64,000 nucleotides of DNA from Burkholderiaceae bacterium. Lineage in GTDB: Bacteria > Pseudomonadota > Gammaproteobacteria > Burkholderiales > Burkholderiaceae_F. Below, piece after piece: positions 37,264 to 46,790 of the stretch. Where the stretch lies: positions 13,324-77,323 of the forward strand of contig DAOMFI010000002.1 in the NCBI GenBank assembly GCA_035429725.1. Reading direction: 5' to 3'. Each line of letters begins with the position of its first letter. The stretch's first letter is position 1. The notes under the pieces were generated by a model. It saw only the letters and a list, made by a program, of their open reading frames with translations, was not told the origin of the DNA and made no database searches. Both the position numbers and the translations under genes were made by a program.

Positions 37264-38627
37264 CCGGCGAAGAGGTCGACCAGCGCCTGCCCGTCGGTCA
37301 TGCTCCACAGCGTACGCCGCGCAGCCGCCACGTCGAACCGCAGGCCGGCAGAGTCAATCAGCGCCTGCCCCTTCGCCTCGATCGCCTCCACCGACAGCGG
37401 ACGCGCCGGCGTGCCCCGGCTGTCCATCACCAGCGCTTCGCGCCGTGCGCCATCGCGGAAGTGCAGTTCGACGGCCGCGCCCATGCGCGCCGGGTAGTCC
37501 TTCTCGATCTCGACGTCGCGCGTGCCGTCGACCTTGTCGGCCAGCGCGAGGATCCTCGGGTCGTCGAAGAAGTCTTCGCGGTAGGCGTCGAAGCGCCTCG
37601 ACCCATAGGCCAGCGTGGCGCCGACGACATACGGCAGGCTGTACTGCGCGGCCATCACGGAGCGCGGCCGCCGCAGCATGTGCTGGTCGAAGACCACCTC
37701 GGGCGCGCGCACCCGGATCCGCTCCAGGCCGTCCAGCGGAAGGGTGAAGGCGTCGGAGACTTCCTCGAGCGCGTCGATCAGCGAGTGGAACAGGCGACAG
37801 CACGAATAGGGCTTCATGCTGATGTCGTGAATCTGCAGCCGGGCGCTCGGGGCACGCTGCAAGTGCCCGGCGTTGGCGCCCGACCCGTACAGGGCCATCA
37901 GCCCATATTTGCCGTCGAGCGCGCGCACCGGCGCCGCAATGCCGGCCCTGGCCATGCCCGCCGCCAGCACGCCGTGCTGCGCGCCGTAACCGGCATGTAG
38001 CCGCTTCACGGTGGTTCCGGCCGGTTCGTCGGAGAACTGCATCGAGCCGCCCGTCAGCGAAAGCGCGTGGCCCCACGCGCAGGCGAGCGTCGCCGCATCG
38101 AATCCGTGCAGCGCGCCGACGCCGGCGGCCGCCCCGAAGGCGCCGAACAGCGACGTCGGGTGAAAACCGCGTGAAATCACCGCGTGCGCGTTCACGGCCA
38201 TGCCCACGCGCGACATCGCCTCGTAGCCCGCGGCGATCGCCGCGTACACCTGCATCGCCGTGGCGCCGGATCCGGCGGCCGTGGACAGCACGGCCGGGAT
38301 GATGACCGCTCCGGGATGGCTCATCGATGCGTTGTGCGTGTCGTCCAACTCGTATCCGTGGCCGGCCGATCCGTTGACGAGGGCCGCGACCTGCGGCGTC
38401 GTGCGAAAGCCGCCACCGACCACCGGCGCCGCGCCGCCCCCGCGGAACTCGCCGGCCCACGTCGCCAGCGCGCGCGACCACGGCATCGTCGCGCCGAAGA
38501 TGGAAACGCCGAGCAGGTCGAGCACCAGCCGGCGCACCTGCTCGACATCCGGGGCGGCCAGCGGCCCGCGTCCGATGCGTTGGATGTCCTCCGCGAACGC
38601 GACCGTCGGGTTGGGTAGATCGGCCAT
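37260..38627 (-). CDS. MmgE/PrpD-family protein (paralog 4)
   Basis: 455 aa. HGYELDDTH, GFHPTS, KPYSCCRLFH. Its stop overlaps the stop of the convergent gene (CTAA). Confidence 0.9.
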   Translation of the reverse strand: MADLPNPTVAFAEDIQRIGRGPLAAPDVEQVRRLVLDLLGVSIFGATMPWSRALATWAGEFRGGGAAPVVGGGFRTTPQVAALVNGSAGHGYELDDTHNASMSHPGAVIIPAVLSTAAGSGATAMQVYAAIAAGYEAMSRVGMAVNAHAVISRGFHPTSLFGAFGAAAGVGALHGFDAATLACAWGHALSLTGGSMQFSDEPAGTTVKRLHAGYGAQHGVLAAGMARAGIAAPVRALDGKYGLMALYGSGANAGHLQRAPSARLQIHDISMKPYSCCRLFHSLIDALEEVSDAFTLPLDGLERIRVRAPEVVFDQHMLRRPRSVMAAQYSLPYVVGATLAYGSRRFDAYREDFFDDPRILALADKVDGTRDVEIEKDYPARMGAAVELHFRDGARREALVMDSRGTPARPLSVEAIEAKGQALIDSAGLRFDVAAARRTLWSMTDGQALVDLFAG

Positions 38628-38663
38628 GCACTTGCTCCTAAGCGGTTCGCGGCGCCCTCGATT

Positions 38664-39833
38664 TCAGCGTCCCGCCTCTCGGCGGATCTGCTCCGTGTGT
38701 TCGCCGAGACCTGGCGCGTGGCGACGGGCAGGATCAGCGAGGCCCGAGCGCGCGAGCGGATCGCGCAGCAGCGGAATGCGGCCATCGCGCGGGTGCTCGA
38801 GCCACTGCACCACGTCGCGCGCGCGCGCCTCGCTCGACTGCAGCACCTCGTCGGCCTCGTAGACCGGACAGATGGGAATGTGGGCCTCCGCCATGCGTCG
38901 GCACAACTCGTCGCGGTCGAGCGATCCGCACAGCTGTTCGAGCGCGGCGCGATACGCCGGCGCGTTCTCGCCGTGGTCGCTGTGGCGGTCGCTCCAGTCC
39001 TCGTCGTGGTCCATCAGGTCCGGACGGCCTATGTATTCGCAGAACCGCTTCCACGTATGCGGCTCCAGCAGGCTCACCGTGACCGATTTGCCGTCGCGCG
39101 TGGCGTAGGTGTTGTAGCGCGGGTTGCGTCCCCAGACCTCGAGTTCCGGCTGGCCGGCGAATCCGGCCGCGCGTGCCATCGCGCCGGACAGCATGATCTG
39201 CGACCACGCGACCAGGCTGTCGTACATCGGCACCTCGATGTGGCACCCGCGCCCGTCGCTGTTGCGCCGCAGGAGCGCCGCAAGGATGCCAATCGCCGCA
39301 TAGGCGGCGGCGGCGTAGTCGCCCGCCTGGAAGCCGGGCAACGGCGGTGGCGCGTCGGCCTTGCCAAGCAGGCCGGTGAGACCCTGGATCGACAGGTCGT
39401 GCGCCGCCATGCCGGCCAGCGGGCCGTCGCTGCCGAAGCCGTTCAGCGAGCAGTAGATCAGGCGCGGGTTGCTCTTTGCGACCGTTTCGAAATCCACGCC
39501 CAGATTCTTCGCGACGCCCGGCCGGAACGACTCCACCATTATGTCTGCGGAATCGATCAGGCGATGCGCGAGCCCGCGGTCGTCGGCACTGGTCATGTCG
39601 AGGACGACGCTGCGCTTGTTCCGGTTGACGTTCGAGAAGTAGACGCCGTTCTCGGCGTAGTTGGGCGGGTTGTGCCGGCTGTAGTCGCCGACGCCCGGCT
39701 GCTCGATCTTGACGACGTCGGCGCCGAGGTCGCCCAGCACCTGGGTCGACCACGGGCCAGGGAGAAGACGGCTGAAATCGACGACGCGCACGCCGTCGAG
39801 CGGCAGGCGGTTCGCGGCCCTGGGTTCGGTCAC
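38664..39833 (-). CDS. family III CoA-transferase (CaiB/BaiF)
   Basis: LDGVRVVDFSRLLPGPWSTQVLGDLGADVVKIEQP, AAHDLSIQGLTGLL, QAGDYAAA. Confidence 0.9.
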   Translation of the reverse strand: MTEPRAANRLPLDGVRVVDFSRLLPGPWSTQVLGDLGADVVKIEQPGVGDYSRHNPPNYAENGVYFSNVNRNKRSVVLDMTSADDRGLAHRLIDSADIMVESFRPGVAKNLGVDFETVAKSNPRLIYCSLNGFGSDGPLAGMAAHDLSIQGLTGLLGKADAPPPLPGFQAGDYAAAAYAAIGILAALLRRNSDGRGCHIEVPMYDSLVAWSQIMLSGAMARAAGFAGQPELEVWGRNPRYNTYATRDGKSVTVSLLEPHTWKRFCEYIGRPDLMDHDEDWSDRHSDHGENAPAYRAALEQLCGSLDRDELCRRMAEAHIPICPVYEADEVLQSSEARARDVVQWLEHPRDGRIPLLRDPLARSGLADPARRHAPGLGEHTEQIRREAGR

Positions 39834-39845
39834 TCGTTTGTCTCC

Positions 39846-40628
39846 TCAGCGGCCCTTGAAGGAGGCTTCGCGCTTCTCGAGAAACGCGCCGATCCCTTCG
39901 TTCTTGTCTTCGGTGCCGTAGATCGCGGTTACCAGGAAGCGCTCGAACTCGATCCCGGAAGTGAGGTCCATCTGCACGCCCGCGCGGATCGCCCGCTTCA
40001 CGTACGCGAGCGACAGCGGCGCGCGCTTCTCGTAGACCTTGACCATCGCCTTCGCTTCCGCGAGGGCCTGGCCGGCGGGAACCAGCCGCTCGACGATCCC
40101 GCAGCGGTAGGCCTCATTGGCGTCGATCGACTCCGCGGAGAACATGATGTCGAGCGCCTTGCCCATGCCGACGAGGCGCGGCAGCCGCTGCGTTCCGCCG
40201 GCGCCCGGCACCGTGCCGATCTTCGACGATGTCAGAGCGAAACTCGAGCCCTGCGCGGCGACCCGGATGTCGCAAGCCAGCACGAACTCGAAGCCGCCGG
40301 TCACGCAAAAACCCTCAATGGCGGCAATGACCGGCTTGTCGAGCCGCTCGACCGTGTCATTGAGCCGTTCCCAGTGCTTCATGTACTCGACGCCGTCGCG
40401 GGTCGACTTGATCGCCATTGCCTCGTTCAGGTCGGCTCCGGCGGAGAAGAACTTCGTGCCGCCGGTGACGATGACGCCGCGCACGCGGTCGTCCGCTTCC
40501 GCCTCGCGGCATGCTTCGGCGATCTCGCGCATCATCTGCTTGCTGAAGGCGTTTCGCTTGTCGGGACGGTTCAGCGTGACGACGAACGCCGAACCGTCGA
40601 CGGCGGTCTGCAGGGTTTCAAATGTCAT
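39846..40628 (-). CDS. enoyl-CoA hydratase/isomerase (crotonase family)
   Basis: 260 aa. LNRPDKRNAF, FSAGADL, IEGFCVTGGFEFVLACDIRVA, FLEKREASFKGR. Confidence 0.9.
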   Translation of the reverse strand: MTFETLQTAVDGSAFVVTLNRPDKRNAFSKQMMREIAEACREAEADDRVRGVIVTGGTKFFSAGADLNEAMAIKSTRDGVEYMKHWERLNDTVERLDKPVIAAIEGFCVTGGFEFVLACDIRVAAQGSSFALTSSKIGTVPGAGGTQRLPRLVGMGKALDIMFSAESIDANEAYRCGIVERLVPAGQALAEAKAMVKVYEKRAPLSLAYVKRAIRAGVQMDLTSGIEFERFLVTAIYGTEDKNEGIGAFLEKREASFKGR

Positions 40629-41502
40629 GGTTCGCAGCCATTGAGGTTGATGGGCCGGTGGATTCGCGGTACTCGCCCGCGAGGAAGCGCTCGATCAGGT
40701 CGTTGGTCCGGTCGGGCCGTTCGAACTGCAGCCAGTGGCCGGCGTCCGGAACGACTTCGAACGCGAGGTCGGGTGCCGCCGCGCGGCAGACCGCCGCTCG
40801 CGCATCGCGCGAGGGGTAGGGCGTCCGATCCTTCTCGCCGTACGCCAGCAGCAGCGGGCACCGCAGCTGCGCGAGAAACGCGGGCAGGCGGTTGGAGAAA
40901 CTGAAGCGGTCGTTGAGATTCTGGAAACGCGCATGCGCCAGGTTCCAGGACTGGATCGCGATGGCGTCCTCGTCGACGCTCGCCGGGTGCGCCAGCATCA
41001 TCGCCAGCAGGTTGTGGCGGATGAAGGCGCGGTCGCCTTCGGCGCCCTCGGGAAACGTCGAACGGGGGCGCCGGCCGAGCTCGCGGCCCACCGGGCGCTG
41101 GAATCCGCTGGGCGCGAAGAGAATCGTTCGATGGACGCCGCGGCCCAGCTGCGTTGCGACGCCGGCGCCGATCAGGCCGCCGAACGAGAACGCCACGACA
41201 TCGAACGAATCCGCCGCGGGGGCCGCCTCGCCGACGGCACGCACGACCCGCTGCACGTAATCGTCCAGCGAGATGTTCTCCGGCACGTCGTCCGATTCAC
41301 CGTAGCCCGGCAGGTCGACCGCGATCACGCGGTGACCACGGGCGAGGGGCTCGATGTTGCGCCACCAATGCAGCCACGAACCGGAACCGCCGTGCACGAG
41401 CACGAGCGGACGGCCGTCGCCCACCGTCCGGTAGACCACGCCGCTCGATGAGCGCCGGGCCGGCAGCGACGCCAGCCGCGGATTGCTGGTCGGTCCCTTC
41501 AA
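40618..41502 (-). CDS. alpha/beta hydrolase
   Basis: LVLVHGGSGSW, DLPGYGESD, nucleophile elbow AFSFGG, and C-terminal DAGHWLQFERPD. Confidence 0.85.
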   Translation of the reverse strand: MKGPTSNPRLASLPARRSSSGVVYRTVGDGRPLVLVHGGSGSWLHWWRNIEPLARGHRVIAVDLPGYGESDDVPENISLDDYVQRVVRAVGEAAPAADSFDVVAFSFGGLIGAGVATQLGRGVHRTILFAPSGFQRPVGRELGRRPRSTFPEGAEGDRAFIRHNLLAMMLAHPASVDEDAIAIQSWNLAHARFQNLNDRFSFSNRLPAFLAQLRCPLLLAYGEKDRTPYPSRDARAAVCRAAAPDLAFEVVPDAGHWLQFERPDRTNDLIERFLAGEYRESTGPSTSMAANHDI

Positions 41503-42236
41503 CCGTTGCTCCGTTCCAGCGGCTTGCCGAGATAGGCCTCGACGACCTCGCGCTTCTGGATCACGTCGTCCGGTAGGCCTTGCGCGAGTTCCCGGCCGAA
41601 GTCCATCACGTAGACGTAGTCGGACAGTTCCACCAGCGCCTGCACCACGTGCTCGATCATCAGCACGGTCGTCCCCGCTTCGCGGATCCGGCGCAGGACG
41701 TCCTTGATGTCCTCGATTTCCTCGTGCGTCAGGCCGCCCATCACCTCGTCCAGCAGCAGCAGGCGCGGCTTGGTGGCGAGGGCGCGCGCGAGTTCAAGCT
41801 TCTTCTTCGCGCCCAGTGTCAGTTCGCGCGCTTCCTTGGCGGCCTGGCGGCCGAGCCCTACAAGGCGCAGTGGCTCCATGCATTCCGCGCGGACCTGCTC
41901 GAGCGGTGTGCGCTGGCGCGGCCGCGAGAACAGGGCGCCGGCGATGACGTTGTCGAGCACCGACATCTCGTTGAACGGCTGGACCACCTGGAAGGTGCGG
42001 CCAATGCCGAGGCGGGCGACGTTATAGGGCGGCAGTCCGTGGATCGGCCGGCCCTCGAACGTGATCGTTCCCGACGTCGGCGGGAAGTAGCCCGTGATCA
42101 GGTTCAGCAAGGTGGTCTTGCCGGCACCGTTGGCGCCGAGGATGCCGACGAACTGGCCCTCATCGACCGTCATCGTCAGCTTGTCGACGGCCTTCAGGCC
42201 GCCGAAATGCTTGGTGAGCCCTTCAACGCGCAGCAT
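41499..42236 (-). CDS. ABC transporter ATP-binding protein (LivG-like)
   Basis: LRVEGLTKHFGGLKAVD, Walker A GANGAGKTT, signature LTLGAKKKLELARAL, Walker B LLLLDE. Confidence 0.9.
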   Translation of the reverse strand: MLRVEGLTKHFGGLKAVDKLTMTVDEGQFVGILGANGAGKTTLLNLITGYFPPTSGTITFEGRPIHGLPPYNVARLGIGRTFQVVQPFNEMSVLDNVIAGALFSRPRQRTPLEQVRAECMEPLRLVGLGRQAAKEARELTLGAKKKLELARALATKPRLLLLDEVMGGLTHEEIEDIKDVLRRIREAGTTVLMIEHVVQALVELSDYVYVMDFGRELAQGLPDDVIQKREVVEAYLGKPLERSNG

Positions 42237-42996
42237 GGTGCGGATCCGACTGGAGGGAAGGCGCCGGGGTCGAAGGCCGGCGCGCGCGTGCTAGGAACGC
42301 CTCCTGGACGAGTTGTGAACCGCGCAACTCATCGGCGCTGCCCGCCAGCGCGATGCGTCCGTTGTTCAGCACGTAGCCGCGGTGGGCGACCGACAGCGCC
42401 GCCTGCACGTTCTGCTCGACGAACAGGATGCTGATGCCCTGCTTCGCGGTCTGAAGAATCGCCTGGTAGACATCGAGGATCACCTTCGGCGCCAGGCCGA
42501 GCGACGGCTCGTCCAGTACGAGCAGGCGCGGCTTGCCCATCAGGGCGCGGCCGATCGCGAGCATCTGCTGCTGCCCGCCGGACAGCAGCCCGGCCGTCTG
42601 GTCGCGGCGCTCGGCGAGGATCGGAAACAGCTCGAACACCTGGGCCAGCATCTGCTTGCGCGTCCAGCGCGCGCGCCGACAGTAGGCGCCGAGCACGAGG
42701 TTCTCCATCACGCTCAGGTAGGGGAAGACCTGGCGGCCTTCGGGCGACAGGCAGATGCCCTTTTCCACCCGGTAGTAGCTCGGCTTGTCGTCGATGCGTT
42801 CGCCCGCGAAATGCACCTCGCCGCTCCAGGCGCGCAGCAGCCCCGTCAGTACGCGCGTGGTGGTCGTCTTGCCGGCGCCGTTGGCGCCGATCAGGCACAC
42901 CACTTCGCCCTCGTCGACCTGCAGGGACAGGTCGTGCAACACGATCGACTCGCCGTACCCGGCCCGCACGTTCGACATGCGAAGCAGGGCGGTCAT
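42223..42996 (-). CDS. ABC transporter ATP-binding protein (LivF-like)
   Basis: Starts at MTALLRMSNVRAGYG (ATGA overlap with the permease gene). Walker A GANGAGKTT, LSGGQQQMLAIGRAL, LLVLDEPSLGL. Confidence 0.9.
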   Translation of the reverse strand: MTALLRMSNVRAGYGESIVLHDLSLQVDEGEVVCLIGANGAGKTTTTRVLTGLLRAWSGEVHFAGERIDDKPSYYRVEKGICLSPEGRQVFPYLSVMENLVLGAYCRRARWTRKQMLAQVFELFPILAERRDQTAGLLSGGQQQMLAIGRALMGKPRLLVLDEPSLGLAPKVILDVYQAILQTAKQGISILFVEQNVQAALSVAHRGYVLNNGRIALAGSADELRGSQLVQEAFLARARRPSTPAPSLQSDPHHAAR

Positions 42997-43970
42997 GATG
43001 CCTCCTCCTTGGTGGCCGCGGGCGCCGCGCGCGCCGCCGTGGCCTTGCGGCGCCGGCGCATCCAGTCGTCGACGGCCCCCTTGAAACCCTGCGGCAGGAA
43101 GATCACGCACAGCACCAGCGCGATCCCGTACACGAGCAGGGCAGCGCCCTCGATGCTTCCCAGCGCGGTTCGAGTGACTTCGCCCAGCAACGTGGCCAGG
43201 AGCGTGCCGAGCAGCGGCCCGGACAGCGTGTAGATGCCACCGAGAATCGGCGCGATCTGCGCCATGATCGTCGTATGAAGCGAGAAGGCGATCGACGGAT
43301 CGAGGTAGCCGCCGTACCAAGCGCTCGCGCCGCCCGCGAACGAGGCCATGCCCCCGGACAGTGTGACGATGAAGATGCGGTACACGAGCGGCCGGATGCC
43401 GAGCATCTGCGCCGCATGCTCGTTCGCGCGCATGGCACGGAACGCGTACTGGTAGCGGGTGGTGCTGATGTACCAGGCGAGCCAGCCGACGAAGACGAGG
43501 CCGATCGAGCCCGCCAGGTCGATGTACAGCGTTGCCGGCACCAGCTTCGCGTTCAGGTACTGGCCCTGCGCGCCGCCGGTCAGGTCCGGGAGCATCACCG
43601 CGATCACGCGCAAGCCCTCCGACACGGCGAGTGTGCAGATCGCGAAATAGATGCCCTGCAGGCGGCCGGTGATAAGGGCGAGCCCGGCGCCGAGCAGGGC
43701 GCCCGCCAGCGTCGCACACACGAGCGACGGCAGGAATCCCAGCCCCAGCTTGTTGGCGACGAGGATCGCCGTGTAGGCGCCCATGCCCCAGAACGCGGAG
43801 TGACCGAGCGAGATCAGTCCGGCGCTCGCCATCATGTTCCAGCTCACCGCGATGATGCCGAGCAGAGCGGTGCGGAACAGCAGATCGGTGAGGAAGGGCG
43901 AAGCCGAGAACGGAATCGCCAGGACGACGACCGCGAGGACGATGGCGACGATGCGCGTGGCCTTGTGCAT
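42993..43970 (-). CDS. branched-chain-amino-acid-type ABC permease (LivM-like)
   Basis: 325 aa polytopic protein with LGHSAFWGMGAYT. Confidence 0.9.
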   Translation of the reverse strand: MHKATRIVAIVLAVVVLAIPFSASPFLTDLLFRTALLGIIAVSWNMMASAGLISLGHSAFWGMGAYTAILVANKLGLGFLPSLVCATLAGALLGAGLALITGRLQGIYFAICTLAVSEGLRVIAVMLPDLTGGAQGQYLNAKLVPATLYIDLAGSIGLVFVGWLAWYISTTRYQYAFRAMRANEHAAQMLGIRPLVYRIFIVTLSGGMASFAGGASAWYGGYLDPSIAFSLHTTIMAQIAPILGGIYTLSGPLLGTLLATLLGEVTRTALGSIEGAALLVYGIALVLCVIFLPQGFKGAVDDWMRRRRKATAARAAPAATKEEAS

Positions 43971-43977
43971 GCCCGCC

Positions 43978-44850
43978 TCAGTGCGACGTCTGACCGAGGA
44001 TGCCGCTCGGTCGGACCAGCATGATCAGGATGATCAGGATGAACGCGACGCCTTCGGACCAGCCGGACCCCTCCGGCACGTAGTATGAAAAGCCGGTTTC
44101 CGTGATCGCGAGTACGAAGGCGCCGATCGTCATTCCGGGGATGCTGCCGAGACCGCCGAGAATCACGATGGCGACCGCTTTGATCAGCATCGGGAACCCC
44201 ATGAAGGGGGTCACGGTGACGATGAAGCTCATCACGACCCCGGTGGCCGCGCCGAGCGCCGAACTGATCGCGAACGACTGCGCGTAGCTCGCCTTGACGT
44301 CAATGCCCATCAGCGCCGCGGCATCGCTGTTCTGGGCCACGGCCCGAACCGCGCGTCCGTCCTCGCTCCACTTCAGCCAGCCGATCAGGATCGCGACGAG
44401 CAGCACCGCTACGCCGAAGCCGATCAGCCGGCCGTATGGGACGAACACAGGCCCGAGCGCGAGCGCCGCGGTGGCGTACTCCGGCGTAGTTGACCGCGAG
44501 TTGCCGGTCCACAGGATGACCGCAAGGTGCTGCACCACCAGCCCGATGCCGAAGGTCAGCAGGATCTGGTTGATCTGCGGCGCATTGAGCACCCGCGCGA
44601 GTGCGACCTCGAACGTCAGCCAGCCGAGGATCAGTCCCAGCACGATCACGAGCGGCATCACGATCAGGGGGTCGAGGCCCCACAGCGCGAACATCCAGAA
44701 CGCGCCGTAGGCGCCGAGCATGATGAATTCGCCGTGCGCGAAGTTGATGATTCGAGTGACGCCGTAGGACAGCGAGAATCCGATCGCCATCAGCGTGTAC
44801 AACCCGCCGAGGAGGACCGAGTCGACCAGGAACTGCGGGAGCAGCAGCAT
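43978..44850 (-). CDS. branched-chain-amino-acid-type ABC permease (LivH-like)
   Basis: 290 aa polytopic protein with INFAHGEFIMLGAY. Confidence 0.9.
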   Translation of the reverse strand: MLLLPQFLVDSVLLGGLYTLMAIGFSLSYGVTRIINFAHGEFIMLGAYGAFWMFALWGLDPLIVMPLVIVLGLILGWLTFEVALARVLNAPQINQILLTFGIGLVVQHLAVILWTGNSRSTTPEYATAALALGPVFVPYGRLIGFGVAVLLVAILIGWLKWSEDGRAVRAVAQNSDAAALMGIDVKASYAQSFAISSALGAATGVVMSFIVTVTPFMGFPMLIKAVAIVILGGLGSIPGMTIGAFVLAITETGFSYYVPEGSGWSEGVAFILIILIMLVRPSGILGQTSH

Positions 44851-44943
44851 CGCGTCGGAGACTTTTCGAGGGTGGCGACCGTTACGGCAGGGGAGGCGCC
44901 CGTGCGCTTCCCCTGCCTCGCTGGCTCAGGTTGGAGGTGCGGC

Positions 44944-46182
44944 TCAGCTGCAGGGCTGCAGCTTGGCCTTGGCGATCTCGGGCGGATAGATGACGGCGGT
45001 GCTGAAGCCGTCCTTGCCCTTGACGCGCTGGAACACGACCATGTTCGAGAACGCCTGGTGCGGCGTGACCTCGCTCTTCGTAAACTTGCTGTTGCCGAGC
45101 GGCGTCATGTACTCCTGCTGTTCGAGCCAGGTGACTAGCTTGTCGCGGTCGGTGGACTTGGTGGCTTCCACCGCGAGCAGCGCGAGGATCGTCGAGGCGT
45201 AGTAGCCGGGCTCGAGGAACTCCGGTTCCCGCTTGAACTTCGCGCGCCAAGCAGCTTCCCACGAGTTCGAGTCCGGGAACAGCTTCGGTTCCCGCTTGTC
45301 GGCCGGGAAGCCCAGTCCCGGAATCCATGTCGTGACCCCGGTCCAGCATTCCTGAGCGTCCCCGACTCCTTCCTGCCATTCGGGCAGTTGAGCCTGGGCA
45401 GTGCCGACAAGGTACTTGATTCCCGTCTTGGCGGTGTGAACCTGCTTCGTGAACTGGATAGCATCGTTGGTCTGCATCACTGCGTACAGGACGTCCGGTC
45501 GCAATGCACGCACTTTGACGATGGCAGAGTTGAAGTCGCTGGATCCCTCGCGGACGAGTTCGCTCGACACGATGTCGAAGCCGGCCTCTTTCAAGTACTT
45601 GCGTGTAGAGTCGATGTGCGCGCGGCCGTACGCGCCGTCCGTGTAGATGATCGCCACCCGCTTGCCGGCGCCCAGCGCGCGCTTGAGCGCCTCCGCGTTG
45701 TTGCTGTGGTAGTGATAGGCCCAAGCGTACGTGTGAAAGAAATACTTATCGTCGCCGACTTCCTGCTCGATCCTGGTCGTCGACCCTCCCGGAAGAATCC
45801 ACACCGGGCGCTCGGGCGCCTTCTTCCAGGGCGGCACCGCCGCGGCCGCCGCGTTGGAGCCGTCCGGGCCGATGATCACGTGCACGTTCTTCGACTTGAT
45901 CATGTCGTTCATCACGGACACGGTGATCGCGTTGTCCGACTGGATGTCCACCATCACCAGCTCGATGGAGCGACCCGCCACCGTGTCGCCGCGCGTGGCC
46001 TTCCACACGTCGACCGCATGCTCGATACCGCGCTTGGCCTGCGCACCGAACGCGACGTAGCGTCCGGACTGCGACGTCGGCGCGCCGATCTTCAGGGTGT
46101 TCTGGGCAATTGCCGGCGACCAAGCCAGGCCGGCGAACAGCGCCGCAGCCAGGCAGCGCGAAAGCAGTGGCACGACTCTCAT
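44944..46182 (-). CDS. ABC transporter periplasmic substrate-binding protein (type I PBP, Leu/Ile/Val-binding family)
   Basis: ATG 46182 with an AGGAGA RBS. Signal peptide MRVVPLLSRCLAAALFAGLAWSPAIAQ, then the LKIGAPTSQSGRYVAFG motif. Confidence 0.88.
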   Translation of the reverse strand: MRVVPLLSRCLAAALFAGLAWSPAIAQNTLKIGAPTSQSGRYVAFGAQAKRGIEHAVDVWKATRGDTVAGRSIELVMVDIQSDNAITVSVMNDMIKSKNVHVIIGPDGSNAAAAAVPPWKKAPERPVWILPGGSTTRIEQEVGDDKYFFHTYAWAYHYHSNNAEALKRALGAGKRVAIIYTDGAYGRAHIDSTRKYLKEAGFDIVSSELVREGSSDFNSAIVKVRALRPDVLYAVMQTNDAIQFTKQVHTAKTGIKYLVGTAQAQLPEWQEGVGDAQECWTGVTTWIPGLGFPADKREPKLFPDSNSWEAAWRAKFKREPEFLEPGYYASTILALLAVEATKSTDRDKLVTWLEQQEYMTPLGNSKFTKSEVTPHQAFSNMVVFQRVKGKDGFSTAVIYPPEIAKAKLQPCS

Positions 46183-46360
46183 CGATCTGTCTCCTGTTGA
46201 TTCGATTTGCGGTGCGGACGGCAGTCTGCACACCGGGCCTCGCTACTTCGCGCATTCGACGCGTGCGCTTGTTTTCGACATCCATTTTGCATACAGTATT
46301 ACATGCACTTTTCACCGTCAACATGCGCTTCCCCTTTTTGATTCCGGAGTGAAACACGCG

Positions 46361-46789
46361 ATGCCAACGCCCGCAACGCTTGCTGCATTGCAGCGCGCCG
46401 AGACCGCACCGGACGGCGTGCGCGACCTGATCGGGTACCGGTTCCGCTGTACCGACAACGTGCTGCAAGTCGTCCTCGACATCGACGCCCGCCACCGCAA
46501 TCGTGCGGGAACCATGCATGGCGGTATCGCCCCTCTGTTGATGACGGTCGCCGGCGCACTGGCCGTATACGCAGCAGACGACACCGTCGACTTCGCTGCA
46601 AATACCGCGTTGTCGCTTTCGTACTTGACCGCAGTGAACGAAGGACACGTGGTCGCCATCGGCGTCGTCGAGCGGCTCGGAGGCACGCTCGCGCACGTGT
46701 CGACGCGCCTCGTGGCGCAGGCCTCGGGGGAAGCCCTGGCCGTGGGTGCCTGTGTGTATCGGCTCGTGCGGTCTTCGAGGGCCGCCTGA
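46361..46789 (+). CDS. PaaI/4HBT-type hot-dog thioesterase
   Basis: 142 aa. HRNRAGTMHGGIAPLLMTVAGALAVY, and ...GHVVAIGVVERLGGTLAHVSTRL. Confidence 0.8.
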   Translation: MPTPATLAALQRAETAPDGVRDLIGYRFRCTDNVLQVVLDIDARHRNRAGTMHGGIAPLLMTVAGALAVYAADDTVDFAANTALSLSYLTAVNEGHVVAIGVVERLGGTLAHVSTRLVAQASGEALAVGACVYRLVRSSRAA

Positions 46790-46790
46790 C

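Noticed and set aside
38697-40904. 735-aa ORF on the plus strand
   Set aside because: It is antisense to the CaiB, crotonase and hydrolase genes, is Arg/Ala-rich and shows no motifs.
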